DNA of 64,000 nucleotides from Candidatus Eiseniibacteriota bacterium (GTDB lineage: Bacteria; Eisenbacteria; RBG-16-71-46; CAIMUX01; JAHJDP01): positions 4,758-68,757 of the forward strand of contig JAHJDP010000104.1 in NCBI GenBank assembly GCA_018831195.1. The letters run 5' to 3'. The notes beneath the pieces were generated by a model. The model had not been told where the DNA came from. It searched no databases and worked only from the letters and a program-made list of their open reading frames with translations. The position numbers were made by a program, and so were the translations under genes. Of this stretch, positions 17,530 to 26,761 are shown piece after piece (the stretch's first letter is position 1; every line of letters begins with the position of its first letter).

Positions 17530-19251
17530 CTATTCCATGACCAGGATTTTGGCCGTTCGGCTGTGGCCGGATGCGGTCATCCGCATGAAGTAAAGACCGC
17601 TGGGGAGCCTTCGGCCCGTATCATTATCGCCGTGCCATTCCCAGGTGAGGAGGCCGCCTGAGAGGGGGCCTTGATGGATTGTCTTGACCCTTTGCCCCGC
17701 AACGTTAAACACCTCGAGTCTTGCTTCATCCGCTCCCGCACCGTTGTAGCGGATCTGCGTCCAGCTTTGCATGGGATTCGGTGCGATCCTGATCGTCGAA
17801 AGGGCGGAGGTGATGTCGGGAGCGCTCGAAGCGCCGGTATTCAAATACAGGAAATTTCCGGCGCCTGATTCCCAATTTGTGATGGCGAGATCCAGATTCC
17901 GGGAGTAGGTATAGAGAATTTCGACCAAGGCGCCGTCCGGCGGCGGGGAAGCCATGGATATCCACCCATTCCCCGCATGAAATGTATAATGCGTGACGGG
18001 TGATCCGTTAATCAGGACTTGATCGATGGAACGAACGGGCGCATGGCCGAGCTTGAAGAATGTGCGGACGCCGGTCCCGTATAACATCGAGTGCCCGTTG
18101 GTCCTCAATCCGTCGTTGTTGACATCGCCCCAGAACATATTCTCAACGACGCAACTTTCCATTGTTTCCCATACCGGGACGGATGTGAGCATCCCTCCGG
18201 TATTTTCATAGATGACGCCGGCCCCCCACCATCGCCCGGCGGCGAGATCGAGATCACCGTCGAGATCGAGATCAATCCATGAAACATGGGATCCATAGCC
18301 GCTTGTCGCCGAATGCCAGGCAGGCGTCGGACCGGGAACACCCGCGCTGTTCTGGTAAACCTTGAAGAAACCCGGGCCGCCGAGTTGATCATTGTCGGCC
18401 ACGGCGATCTCCGGATATCCGTCGTTGTCCCAATCGCCGAAGGCCGTCGTGTTGCCGTCCTGCGGCATGTCGGTGTTTTCCCAGGATGCCGTCGTCTCAA
18501 TGCCGCCGCCGGTTGTCTGGTTGTTTAGATAAATCCGCATCGGCGAGGAGGTGCCGCAAAAAAGCACATCCATATCGCCGTCGAGATCGACATCATCCCA
18601 GGTGACATCAAGGGCGTAATCGATCTCATCCGACACCCAAGACGGGCTCGTTTCCAGAATGCCGTCGTTATTATAAAATATCCGCTGGTGTTCGTTGTGA
18701 TCGTAATAGTCATCCCCGCAGGCGCAGGCGAGATCGAGATCCCCATCGCCGTCCGCATCGCCGAGGGCCAGAGAGAAGCAGTAAAATGATTCCGCGGGGA
18801 TCCAATCGGCATAGGGGCTGAATTCACCGAGGCCGTTGTTCAAATAGACTTTCGCCGTGCCCGGCGTGCTGAATCCATTGACGCCGATATAGACCGCCAC
18901 CGCCACATCGACATGGCCGTCGCCGTTGATATCCCCCACATCGATATGGCCGTGGTAGGCGATTCCCGCCGAGCTCCAGGTCGGGTCCTGCGGCAGGGTG
19001 CCGTCGCCGTTGTTGTGGTAGATGATGACACCTTGTTGCTCGATATCATTGCCGTTGGCGACGATCATATCGAGCCATCCATCTTCATCCACATCCGCCC
19101 AGGCGCCGCCGGTCGCCACATGCCCATTGGCGTCGGAAATCCAAGCCGGAATAGGGTTAAGGGGGACCGCCGCCCGCACGGGTTCTGCGGCGATGAGGAG
19201 GTGTGCGGAAGCAAGGATCAGCAGCAGATAAGGCCGGCGCAGGCGGAGCAT
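17530..19251 (-). CDS. secreted FG-GAP/VCBS-repeat protein with FlgD-Ig/T9SS-like C-terminal domain
   Basis: 573 aa. The signal peptide is MLRLRRPYLLLILASAHLLIAAEPVRA. It has repeated DxDxDG loops (DVDEDGWLD, GDINGDGHVD, GDADGDGDLD, DVDLDGDMD, DLDLDGDLD). The C-terminal 87 aa end in SGLYFMRM...AKILVME. Confidence 0.8.
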   Translation of the reverse strand: MLRLRRPYLLLILASAHLLIAAEPVRAAVPLNPIPAWISDANGHVATGGAWADVDEDGWLDMIVANGNDIEQQGVIIYHNNGDGTLPQDPTWSSAGIAYHGHIDVGDINGDGHVDVAVAVYIGVNGFSTPGTAKVYLNNGLGEFSPYADWIPAESFYCFSLALGDADGDGDLDLACACGDDYYDHNEHQRIFYNNDGILETSPSWVSDEIDYALDVTWDDVDLDGDMDVLFCGTSSPMRIYLNNQTTGGGIETTASWENTDMPQDGNTTAFGDWDNDGYPEIAVADNDQLGGPGFFKVYQNSAGVPGPTPAWHSATSGYGSHVSWIDLDLDGDLDLAAGRWWGAGVIYENTGGMLTSVPVWETMESCVVENMFWGDVNNDGLRTNGHSMLYGTGVRTFFKLGHAPVRSIDQVLINGSPVTHYTFHAGNGWISMASPPPDGALVEILYTYSRNLDLAITNWESGAGNFLYLNTGASSAPDITSALSTIRIAPNPMQSWTQIRYNGAGADEARLEVFNVAGQRVKTIHQGPLSGGLLTWEWHGDNDTGRRLPSGLYFMRMTASGHSRTAKILVME

Positions 19252-19311
19252 TTTCGACTCCTTCCAGATGGTGATGAGCAGCTCAGGGGACGGCCAGACG
19301 TTTCACCTATT

Positions 19312-20463
19312 TTAGCAGAGGTCTTGACCCGCTGGAAGATGCGGGAGCTCTTCTTCCGGGGGCAAGTCAATCCAGGTCCCGGCCTCTGATGAGAGGCGGA
19401 TCGCGTCCAATACCGTCTGATTCCGCCAGCCGTCCTCAAATGTTGAAAGGCCGGCGATCTTTGTTTCACTTCTCTTCATACCCTCTTGAATCAATCGAGC
19501 CGACCGGAGGAAAGCACGGGCCCACACCGTGTCGGGTATGACATTGAGGTCCTCCGCCGGTAGATCCTCTTTCGTTTCAATTTTTTCCCAGCCGTCCGCC
19601 GCCTTGCGCGTGCCCCAGAGCATACCCCTGTCGTCCAGAAGCAGGCGGCCCGATGTGCCGATGACCTCAATCCGCATCATCCAAGGTCCGGGCGAAGCGC
19701 TATTCATGTCAAAGCGGGCCGTGGCGTCCCGCACGTTTTCATCCGATCCCTCCGCCATTTTCAATACCGCCGTGAAGGCGTCATCTGAGTCGACCGGGCG
19801 TGGGAGATTGGTTGACGGATCGTGCCGTTGGCGGGTTTGTGTTTGAAGCATTCCCCAGACCGATGAAAATTCGCCGGCCCAATGCCGGAAGAGATCAACG
19901 GCATGGGAGCCGAGAGCGCCCAGCAGGCCCCCGCCCGCCTCCCGTGAATTCCACCAGGACCAGGGCCGGTCGGGAGAGGCCATCCCCTCACTGCGCTGGG
20001 TCCAGGAGAGCTGCCGCAGGGAACCCAGCCACCCTTCCTGAATCCGCCGTTTGATCTCCTGATGTGAAGGATCCAAACGCAATTCATGGTCGATGAGATG
20101 GATCCGGCCGGGAGCGTTCCGGGCGGCTTCCCACATCTCACGGGCTTCCTGGGCATTCATTGCGGTCGGCTTTTCGCAGAGCACATGACAACCCTGCTCC
20201 AAAGCGAACAAGGAGATCTCGCGGTGCAAACGGGGAGGCGTTGTGATCATAACGAGATCAGGCTTCGTTCCGCTGATCATTAGACGGTAGTCGGTGAAGA
20301 TCTCCGGAATGTTAAACTCTTCCGCCGTCTGCTGCGCGCGCATCGGATGACGAGCGCAGAGAGCGACGACGGCGAGACCGTCGATCCGGCTCAAACAGGG
20401 GAGGACGGTCTGGCGGGCGAATCCATTGCCGATGATGGCCCATCGGATCTTTTTCTTCCCCAT
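19312..20463 (-). CDS. Gfo/Idh/MocA-family NAD(P)-dependent oxidoreductase
   Basis: 383 aa with the N-terminal Rossmann motif IRWAIIGNGFA and VLCEKP. Confidence 0.8.
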   Translation of the reverse strand: MGKKKIRWAIIGNGFARQTVLPCLSRIDGLAVVALCARHPMRAQQTAEEFNIPEIFTDYRLMISGTKPDLVMITTPPRLHREISLFALEQGCHVLCEKPTAMNAQEAREMWEAARNAPGRIHLIDHELRLDPSHQEIKRRIQEGWLGSLRQLSWTQRSEGMASPDRPWSWWNSREAGGGLLGALGSHAVDLFRHWAGEFSSVWGMLQTQTRQRHDPSTNLPRPVDSDDAFTAVLKMAEGSDENVRDATARFDMNSASPGPWMMRIEVIGTSGRLLLDDRGMLWGTRKAADGWEKIETKEDLPAEDLNVIPDTVWARAFLRSARLIQEGMKRSETKIAGLSTFEDGWRNQTVLDAIRLSSEAGTWIDLPPEEELPHLPAGQDLC

Positions 20464-20604
20464 TGTTGGACTCCTTCAGATGCTCTATTGTCAACCGCAC
20501 GGAGGCCGCACGCACAGAGGCCATAGGCACTATGGCCACACTTCTGTCCGGAAGCATAGGCGAAAATAGCCGGCACATCACTCACAGGGAAGGATTGAAA
20601 AAGC

Positions 20605-22335
20605 GTGGCGCCGCAGAGTGTAGAGGATCTGGCCGGAATCCTTTCCCGAATTGACGGACGGGGGTACAAAGCCTACAAAGATCTCACGGGTGCATATCAT
20701 TATCAGCGCTTCACCCTCCATATCGATCATGTTCAGGCCGACCCCTTCGCCCCTCCCTCCAGAATCAGGCTGACGCTGAATCATGACCACTCCGGTTTTC
20801 TGGAGGAGGCCCGCCAAACCAAGTCGCGCTGTCTGGGGGTTGAGGATTTTCTGGGGCGGCTCCTCGAACGCAACGCCGACCGGGGAGAGCGATTCGGATT
20901 CCGCGTTGACCGCCACGGCCAGCAGATAATGAAACGCACGGTCATCCAGCTGAGTCCCGCTCTCTTGGAGGCGCGGCTGGGTGTTGATTTGCCCGCGGCG
21001 GGGCGCCGTATCATGGGCGCGGAGGCCCGGCGGCTTCTTCTGGAAGTTCTTCCCCAAGTGGTGACGCGTTCCCTCCTCAAGAGTTCTGTTGATGCGGAGG
21101 CCCTCCGGCGGCATCAGGATGTGGTGGAGGATCATGCCACCCTCTCCTCACTTTTGGCGGAGCATCACTGGGTCTCTTTTGTTGCCGATGAGACCTCTCT
21201 CGCCCGCCGGGCGGGCCACGATGATAGGCCTCTACCGGCGGATGGTGATGCTCCCGTCGTTCCCTTTCAATCTCCAGCACCGCTCTCCGCGGAGGTCACC
21301 TTGCCCCATGCCGGTCTTGTCCGGGGGATGGCCATCCCCGAGGGGGTGACCCTGCTTGTGGGCGGGGGATTCCATGGCAAAAGCACCCTGCTATCGGCCC
21401 TCTCTCTGGGCATCTATGCGCACATCCCGGGTGATGGGCGCGAGCAGATCGCGACCGTGCCGGAGGCGGTCCGGATCCGGTCCGAAGAGGGGCGGGCGGT
21501 GACCGGCACCGATATATCCCCCTTTATTGATGGGCTCCCCTTCGGGATCTCGACCCGTGACTTCACGACACAGAACGCGTCGGGTTCGACATCGCAAGCG
21601 GCCAATATCATTGAGATGATGGAGGCGGGCGCCCGTCTCCTCCTCATTGATGAGGATAGCTCGGCTACCAATTTTATGATCCGCGATGAGATGATGCGCC
21701 GATTATTGCGACCCGGGCAGGAGCCGATAACGCCCTTTCTCGAAAGAGTCCGCGATTTGTATGATGCGCGAGGGGTCTCAACGGTTTTGGTGATGGGCGG
21801 CTCGGGTGAGTATTTCCGCGTCGCCGATCATATTATCCTGATGGATCAGTACCGGCCCCGCGTCGTGACCGATGAGTGCCGGGAGATCGCATCGACGCTC
21901 GATCAATCGACCGGCGGAAAGCCGGGAAAGGATGCAGCGGGCGCTGAAAAAGCTTTCACAAAGGAGAAACCTCGCCGATTATCCCTTTCCGGATATGGAA
22001 AGGGCTCCAGAATAAAGATCAAAGCGGTTGGAACGAGACGTCTCGTCGTGGATCATGAGGAGGTCGAACTCGATTCCTGCGAGCAGCTGATGAGTCCGGC
22101 CCAGGTGAGGACACTCGCGGAGACATTAACCTGGTGGCTCGAGGGAAAAGAAGGGGACCTTCCATCCCCCTCCCGGTGTTTCGAGATACCGGAAGCCCTT
22201 AAAATGTGGAGCGGCGTCGTTCATCAGAGGGGCCTGGACGGCCTTTGCCGGTTCCGGCGATCGGATCTGGCGATGATCCGCCCCCTGGATCTGGCGGTGA
22301 TGCTGAATCGACTGCGACAGCTCGAATTGTGTTGA
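20605..22335 (+). CDS. ABC_ATPase-family (PF09818-like, MRB1590-like) P-loop protein
   Basis: 576 aa with a GTG start. The N-terminus L..IDGRGYKAYKDL.G.Y....F.L.IDHVQADPFA.PS is the family hallmark as I remember it. The Walker A-like motif is GGGFHGKSTLLSAL and the Walker B-like motif is LLLIDEDSSATNF. Confidence 0.75.
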   Translation: MAPQSVEDLAGILSRIDGRGYKAYKDLTGAYHYQRFTLHIDHVQADPFAPPSRIRLTLNHDHSGFLEEARQTKSRCLGVEDFLGRLLERNADRGERFGFRVDRHGQQIMKRTVIQLSPALLEARLGVDLPAAGRRIMGAEARRLLLEVLPQVVTRSLLKSSVDAEALRRHQDVVEDHATLSSLLAEHHWVSFVADETSLARRAGHDDRPLPADGDAPVVPFQSPAPLSAEVTLPHAGLVRGMAIPEGVTLLVGGGFHGKSTLLSALSLGIYAHIPGDGREQIATVPEAVRIRSEEGRAVTGTDISPFIDGLPFGISTRDFTTQNASGSTSQAANIIEMMEAGARLLLIDEDSSATNFMIRDEMMRRLLRPGQEPITPFLERVRDLYDARGVSTVLVMGGSGEYFRVADHIILMDQYRPRVVTDECREIASTLDQSTGGKPGKDAAGAEKAFTKEKPRRLSLSGYGKGSRIKIKAVGTRRLVVDHEEVELDSCEQLMSPAQVRTLAETLTWWLEGKEGDLPSPSRCFEIPEALKMWSGVVHQRGLDGLCRFRRSDLAMIRPLDLAVMLNRLRQLELC

Positions 22336-22345
22336 GGCCAAGGGA

Positions 22346-23032
22346 ATGGGGAATCTCCGAACTCACGGGACGATGCGGGACCGGATCAAGGATGCCAGGG
22401 CTTGGCTCGGCGCGAGCCTTTGGCGCCGGACCCTGGTCGCCTCCACGGCGCTCCATTTTATCGGGATCATCTTTCTTTCCGTGACCTGGCCCACAAAAAC
22501 GCGGCCGATGGTTCCGCCGATTTACTTCGTGACCCTGGAACCCGCCGCCGTTCCAGAAGAAACACCGCAACCGCCGGTCAAGGCGCCCGTTGAGAAGGCG
22601 CCCAGCCCTGTTAAAATGGAAACAAAGAAAAAGGAAACACCGAAGCAAGATCCTCCCAAAAAGAAGACGGTGGAAGCGCCGAAACCGAAGCAGGCGCCGG
22701 CGGCGTCGCAGGACGAGGCCCTTGATATCAGGACCGATCAGCCCTCTTTCGTCTTCAACTACTATCTCGATTCCATCCGCCGGAAGATCAGCAGCCGGTG
22801 GCAGCCCCCGGCCGGGGTCACCGCCGGGAAAGAAAAGGTCGTCATGCTCCACTTTCGTATTCTTCGCGACGGATCGGTGATCGGCCCGACCGTTGAGGAG
22901 GGTTCAGGGATCGATCTGCTCGATCAAAGCACCATTCGCGCCGTGCTCGAGGCGGTGCCACTGCCCCCGCTTCCGCCGGCCTACGATGGCCCGTGGCTCG
23001 GCGTCCACCTGAGGTTTGTCCGACATGATTAA
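22346..23032 (+). CDS. TonB/TolA-like energy-transducer protein
   Basis: 228 aa. The single N-terminal TM helix carries the SxxxH motif (S33-T-A-L-H37, nt 22442-22456). A Pro/Lys/Glu-rich spacer and a TonB_C-like end (YYLDSIRRKISSRW....V.....I.RDG) follow. It sits directly upstream of tolB. Confidence 0.7.
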   Translation: MGNLRTHGTMRDRIKDARAWLGASLWRRTLVASTALHFIGIIFLSVTWPTKTRPMVPPIYFVTLEPAAVPEETPQPPVKAPVEKAPSPVKMETKKKETPKQDPPKKKTVEAPKPKQAPAASQDEALDIRTDQPSFVFNYYLDSIRRKISSRWQPPAGVTAGKEKVVMLHFRILRDGSVIGPTVEEGSGIDLLDQSTIRAVLEAVPLPPLPPAYDGPWLGVHLRFVRHD

Positions 23033-24377
23033 ACGTCGCGTGACCCACCGGAAAGAACTGGGACTCATCTTTTCAATCGCCATGGGGATCTCTTTTTTGG
23101 CCGGATCGGCGGCGGGCCAGAGCGAGATTCAAATGGAGATCCGCTCGGGGGAATCGTTCCGTATCCCGATCCTGCTCGAACCCATTCAAGGGGACGAGTC
23201 CTCGATCTCGCCGGAGATGATGCAGGATTTGGAGCATACCCTCATCAACGATCTGCTTTTCACGGACCTGTTCCGTGTTCTTATCGGCACACGCGAAACC
23301 TCCTGGTCTGATCCGAATGCCGCCGATGAAGAGGAAGGACTTCCGCCACAACCGCAGGCCATTGTCTCAACCTTTTTGGAAATAAAAGAGGGTAACCTCA
23401 TTCTCAACGGGAAGTTGGAAGACTACGCCACGGCCCGCGAGATTTTTGCATCGAGATATCGGGTCGAGAAGAAAATGGAAAGGTGGGCGGCCCATAATCT
23501 CAGCGATGATATAACCCGGTATCTCACAGGGGAGCCTGGAGTCGGGCAAACCCGCATCGCCTTTGTCGGCAAGCGTGGTGAGGATTCCGATCTCATGCTG
23601 ATTGATTGGGATGGTCAGCGGATCAGCCCGGTGACCGAATTGAGTTCCATCATTGTCTCTTCGACCTGGTCCCCTGATGGACGAAAGATCGCTTTCACCA
23701 CCTACCATACCGGCGCGCCGTCGCTCGCCGGCGTCGACCTCGAAGACTCCAGCCTCTTCTTCATTTCCCAGGAGAGCGGCCTCAATTCCTCTCCGGCCTG
23801 GTCGCCGCGTGGCGATCGGATCGCCTTCACCCTCAGCCGGGACGGCAATGCCGAGATCTATACGGCGCGGCCGAACGGGAGCGACAAACGTCGCGTGACC
23901 CATAGCCCCAAGATCGATACGGCCCCGGTCTGGTCCCCTTCCGGCCGGCAATTGGCCTTCACATCCGACCGGTCCGGCCGCCCCCAAATCTATACGATGG
24001 ATGGCGATGGGGCCAATCTGCAGAGGATCACCTTCTGGGGTAGCTGGAATGACAGCCCCGACTGGGCGCCGAACGGTGATCGAATCGTTTTCGCCGGATA
24101 TATCGATGGAAGTTTTGACCTCTTTATCATCCGGCCTGATGGATCCGGCCTGAGGAGGCTGACGCAGCACCCGGGGGATTGTGAGAATCCCCGGTGGGCG
24201 CCGGATAGCCGCCACGTCGTCTACTCAAGGAGAGAAGGGCAGGACCGGCGGCTATGGATACTCGATGTTGAAAGTTTGCGGGAGCGATCGTTGACTCCCT
24301 CTGGTTTGACTGCTTACAATCCAGCTTGGTCTCCACTGATGAAAGCCACATCCCGTGGCGCACGGTGGAATCCATGA
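23025..24377 (+). CDS. tolB: Tol-Pal system beta-propeller protein TolB
   Basis: ORF starts at TTG 23016. ATG 23025 gives MIKRRV...FLAGSAAGQS (a signal peptide). It has repeated S..WSPDG..IAF.. and D.APVWSPSGRQLAF..DRSG..QIY propeller blades. Confidence 0.88.
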   Translation: MIKRRVTHRKELGLIFSIAMGISFLAGSAAGQSEIQMEIRSGESFRIPILLEPIQGDESSISPEMMQDLEHTLINDLLFTDLFRVLIGTRETSWSDPNAADEEEGLPPQPQAIVSTFLEIKEGNLILNGKLEDYATAREIFASRYRVEKKMERWAAHNLSDDITRYLTGEPGVGQTRIAFVGKRGEDSDLMLIDWDGQRISPVTELSSIIVSSTWSPDGRKIAFTTYHTGAPSLAGVDLEDSSLFFISQESGLNSSPAWSPRGDRIAFTLSRDGNAEIYTARPNGSDKRRVTHSPKIDTAPVWSPSGRQLAFTSDRSGRPQIYTMDGDGANLQRITFWGSWNDSPDWAPNGDRIVFAGYIDGSFDLFIIRPDGSGLRRLTQHPGDCENPRWAPDSRHVVYSRREGQDRRLWILDVESLRERSLTPSGLTAYNPAWSPLMKATSRGARWNP

Positions 24378-24393
24378 CCATGGAGGTTTGAAA

Positions 24394-24915
24394 ATGTCAA
24401 AGGGCGTTCGCATATTACTAATCTGTCTGGCGGTATCATTCCTAGTCGCCGCTTTGGGCGCATGCTCAAAGAAACCCGGACCCTCCGTTGATGTGACGGA
24501 AGGGGCCACGGAAGGGACCGAGGAAGATACAGGACAAACGATCCGACCGGACTCAAAACCAACTTCACCTGATACCGACTCCGCACTCAAGATGGATGAT
24601 ATCTTCTTTGACTACGATCGGTATAACCTTCGATCCGACGCGATGACCGCCTTGGAGCGGAATGCGAAGCTTTTAAGTGAGAATCCTGAATCGCGGATGA
24701 TCCTCGAGGGTCATTGCGACGAGAGGGGAACCACCGAGTACAATCTCGCCTTGGGAGAGAAGCGGGGACAGGCGGCGCTGAATTTCCTGACGCGCTATGG
24801 CATCGATCCGTCGCGCCTCACCGTCATCAGCTACGGCGAGGAACGGCCTTTCGATCCAGGTCATAATGAAAGCGCTTATTCCAAGAACCGCCGGGTTCAC
24901 TTTGTCATTCAGTAG
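24394..24915 (+). CDS. pal: peptidoglycan-associated lipoprotein Pal (OmpA family)
   Basis: ORF 24355-24915. ATG 24394 follows GGAGG and gives MSKGVRILLICLAVSFLVAALGAC (lipobox). The OmpA_C-like domain includes IFFDYDRYNLR, LEGHCDERGT.EYNLALGE.R and NRRVHF. Confidence 0.9.
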   Translation: MSKGVRILLICLAVSFLVAALGACSKKPGPSVDVTEGATEGTEEDTGQTIRPDSKPTSPDTDSALKMDDIFFDYDRYNLRSDAMTALERNAKLLSENPESRMILEGHCDERGTTEYNLALGEKRGQAALNFLTRYGIDPSRLTVISYGEERPFDPGHNESAYSKNRRVHFVIQ

Positions 24916-24939
24916 CTCTGGCAAAAAAGGAGGCGTTTC

Positions 24940-25770
24940 GTGGTGATCGGTCGCGTTCTTCGCATTGGTTCCCTTCTGGCCCTCATGCTCCTGGCATCCG
25001 GGTGTTATGTCACGAAGATGTTCCGCCAGCCGGTGACCATCCATGAAACGGCGACCGAAATCGAAACCCTACGGGCCGAGGTAGATCAGCTCGGTCAAAA
25101 ATCCGATGCGCTCCAACAGGTTCTGGAACGGCAGGATGCCGATCAGAGAGCCCTGCGGGCCTCTCTCCAGATTCAGATTGATGAGATGCTGGAGCAGCTG
25201 CGCTCCCTCACGATCCAAAATCAGGAAATGATGAATCTCCTCTCCATGCGGGGAGGAGGTTCATCAGCCGGAGCCGCCTCGGGTTTCGGTGCTTCAGAAC
25301 CGGCGGAGGCCTATGGATCAACTCCATCCAAGCCGAGCACGGAAAGTCCAAACTCGATCACACCCGGTTCGACGCCCGAATCGGACAAAGTCCCTGCCGA
25401 GGCGCGACAGTTATACAATACAGCTTACCGTGATTTGACGCAGGGCAACTACCAGCTGGCCCTCATGGAAATGAGGGATTATCTCGATCGATATCCCCAA
25501 ACCGATCTCTCGGACAACGCCCAATACTGGATCGGTGAGATCTACTACGCCCAGAGCCAGTATGCCCAGGCGATCGAGGAATTTCTGAATGTTGTGAATA
25601 ATTTCCCGGATGCCGACAAGGTTCCCGCGGCCTATCTCAAGACGGCCTATAGTTTCCGAGGGATGGGAGATATCCCCACGACGCGGCGCTATCTAAGATT
25701 TCTGATGGACCGTTATCCCGATTCCAATGAGGCCGGCCTGGCCCGGCAGGCGATGACCGACTTGCAGTAA
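24940..25770 (+). CDS. cpoB: Tol-Pal system protein YbgF/CpoB (coiled coil + TPR)
   Basis: 276 aa with a GTG start 6 nt after AAGGAGG. It has an N-terminal anchor, a coiled coil, and a C-terminal TPR block (YN.AY.DL..GNY..A...M..YL..YP......NAQYWIGE.YY). Confidence 0.85.
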   Translation: MVIGRVLRIGSLLALMLLASGCYVTKMFRQPVTIHETATEIETLRAEVDQLGQKSDALQQVLERQDADQRALRASLQIQIDEMLEQLRSLTIQNQEMMNLLSMRGGGSSAGAASGFGASEPAEAYGSTPSKPSTESPNSITPGSTPESDKVPAEARQLYNTAYRDLTQGNYQLALMEMRDYLDRYPQTDLSDNAQYWIGEIYYAQSQYAQAIEEFLNVVNNFPDADKVPAAYLKTAYSFRGMGDIPTTRRYLRFLMDRYPDSNEAGLARQAMTDLQ

Positions 25771-25814
25771 CCCCGCTGCCCTCCCGCAGTAAATTATCCA
25801 CCGGCGTTCGGCGC

Positions 25815-26513
25815 TCACCCGTAATGCGCGCCCGGATAGAGCAGGTTTATCGCGAAGAGATGTATGGGGCGGAAAACCGGATTGAAGAGCTGCCAGGCGA
25901 TTAGAAATCCCAAAAAAGATAATCCAGGCTGTCTTGTAATGTGCAAATACTTTGACGCCGACTCGTCGCTGAGGAAGAGCGGGGGGACGCCGCTTCCATC
26001 GAGGGGTGGGACAGGGATGAGATTGAAAACGAAAAGGATAAGGTTTAACGAAAAGAGGATGCTCAAGAGTGTTGCGGCGCCCTGCCATCCTCCCGTCGAT
26101 ACCGCGGTCGTAACTTGTGTGAAGATGATCCGGTCGGGTGCTTCAAAAAGACCGCCGCCGACGCCCATGCGGATGGCCAGCGCCGCGATGAGAACCAGAA
26201 AGAGGTTCGCCGCGGGTCCCGCCAAGGACATAAGGGCCGCGCGGCGCGGGTATCTCTGCGCCCAGTATGGATCATAGGGTGTGCTGGCCCATCCGATCAT
26301 CCACCCGGCGGCGGCATAGGAGATGATGGGAATCAGAATCGTTCCGATGGGAGCGCGACGGATGTGTGGGATCGGATCCAGTGTGACCTGGCCGCCGTGA
26401 TATGCGGTGAGATCGCCGCCCTGTTTGGCGGCAAGGGCATGAGCCGCCTCATGAAAGGTGAGGGAGAGGATCAAAATAACGTACCATGCGACGCCAAGAC
26501 CGATCGATTCCAT
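25815..26513 (-). CDS. site-2-protease-family (M50-like) membrane zinc metalloprotease
   Basis: 232 aa and polytopic. HEAAHALAA (HExxH) lies in TM1. NLIPVPPLDGS provides the third ligand-type motif. Confidence 0.8.
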   Translation of the reverse strand: MESIGLGVAWYVILILSLTFHEAAHALAAKQGGDLTAYHGGQVTLDPIPHIRRAPIGTILIPIISYAAAGWMIGWASTPYDPYWAQRYPRRAALMSLAGPAANLFLVLIAALAIRMGVGGGLFEAPDRIIFTQVTTAVSTGGWQGAATLLSILFSLNLILFVFNLIPVPPLDGSGVPPLFLSDESASKYLHITRQPGLSFLGFLIAWQLFNPVFRPIHLFAINLLYPGAHYG

Positions 26514-26678
26514 CGCCGTCTCCTTTTCGCTCCCGCTCCTCCATCAGCGCAAGATGAGTTGATCGATATCATGGAATTCGGGGAGGGTACAACCGGGGAA
26601 ACCGGAGCGGCCGGCAGGGGCGCCGCCGGGTAACCGGGGGACAGGAAGGGAAACAGGATCGCCTCATCCTCGACAGGA

Positions 26679-26706
26679 TTGAAAATTGATATGGAACCCC
26701 TATATT
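26679..26706 (+). promoter_or_regulatory. sigma70-like promoter for the SecD-P1-like gene
   Basis: TTGAAA (26679-26684), a 16-nt spacer, then TATATT (26701-26706). Confidence 0.45.
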
Positions 26707-26761
26707 CGAGACAAGTTTAATGTTTATCGATCAGCGATCAAAGGCGTCCTGGGAAGATATA

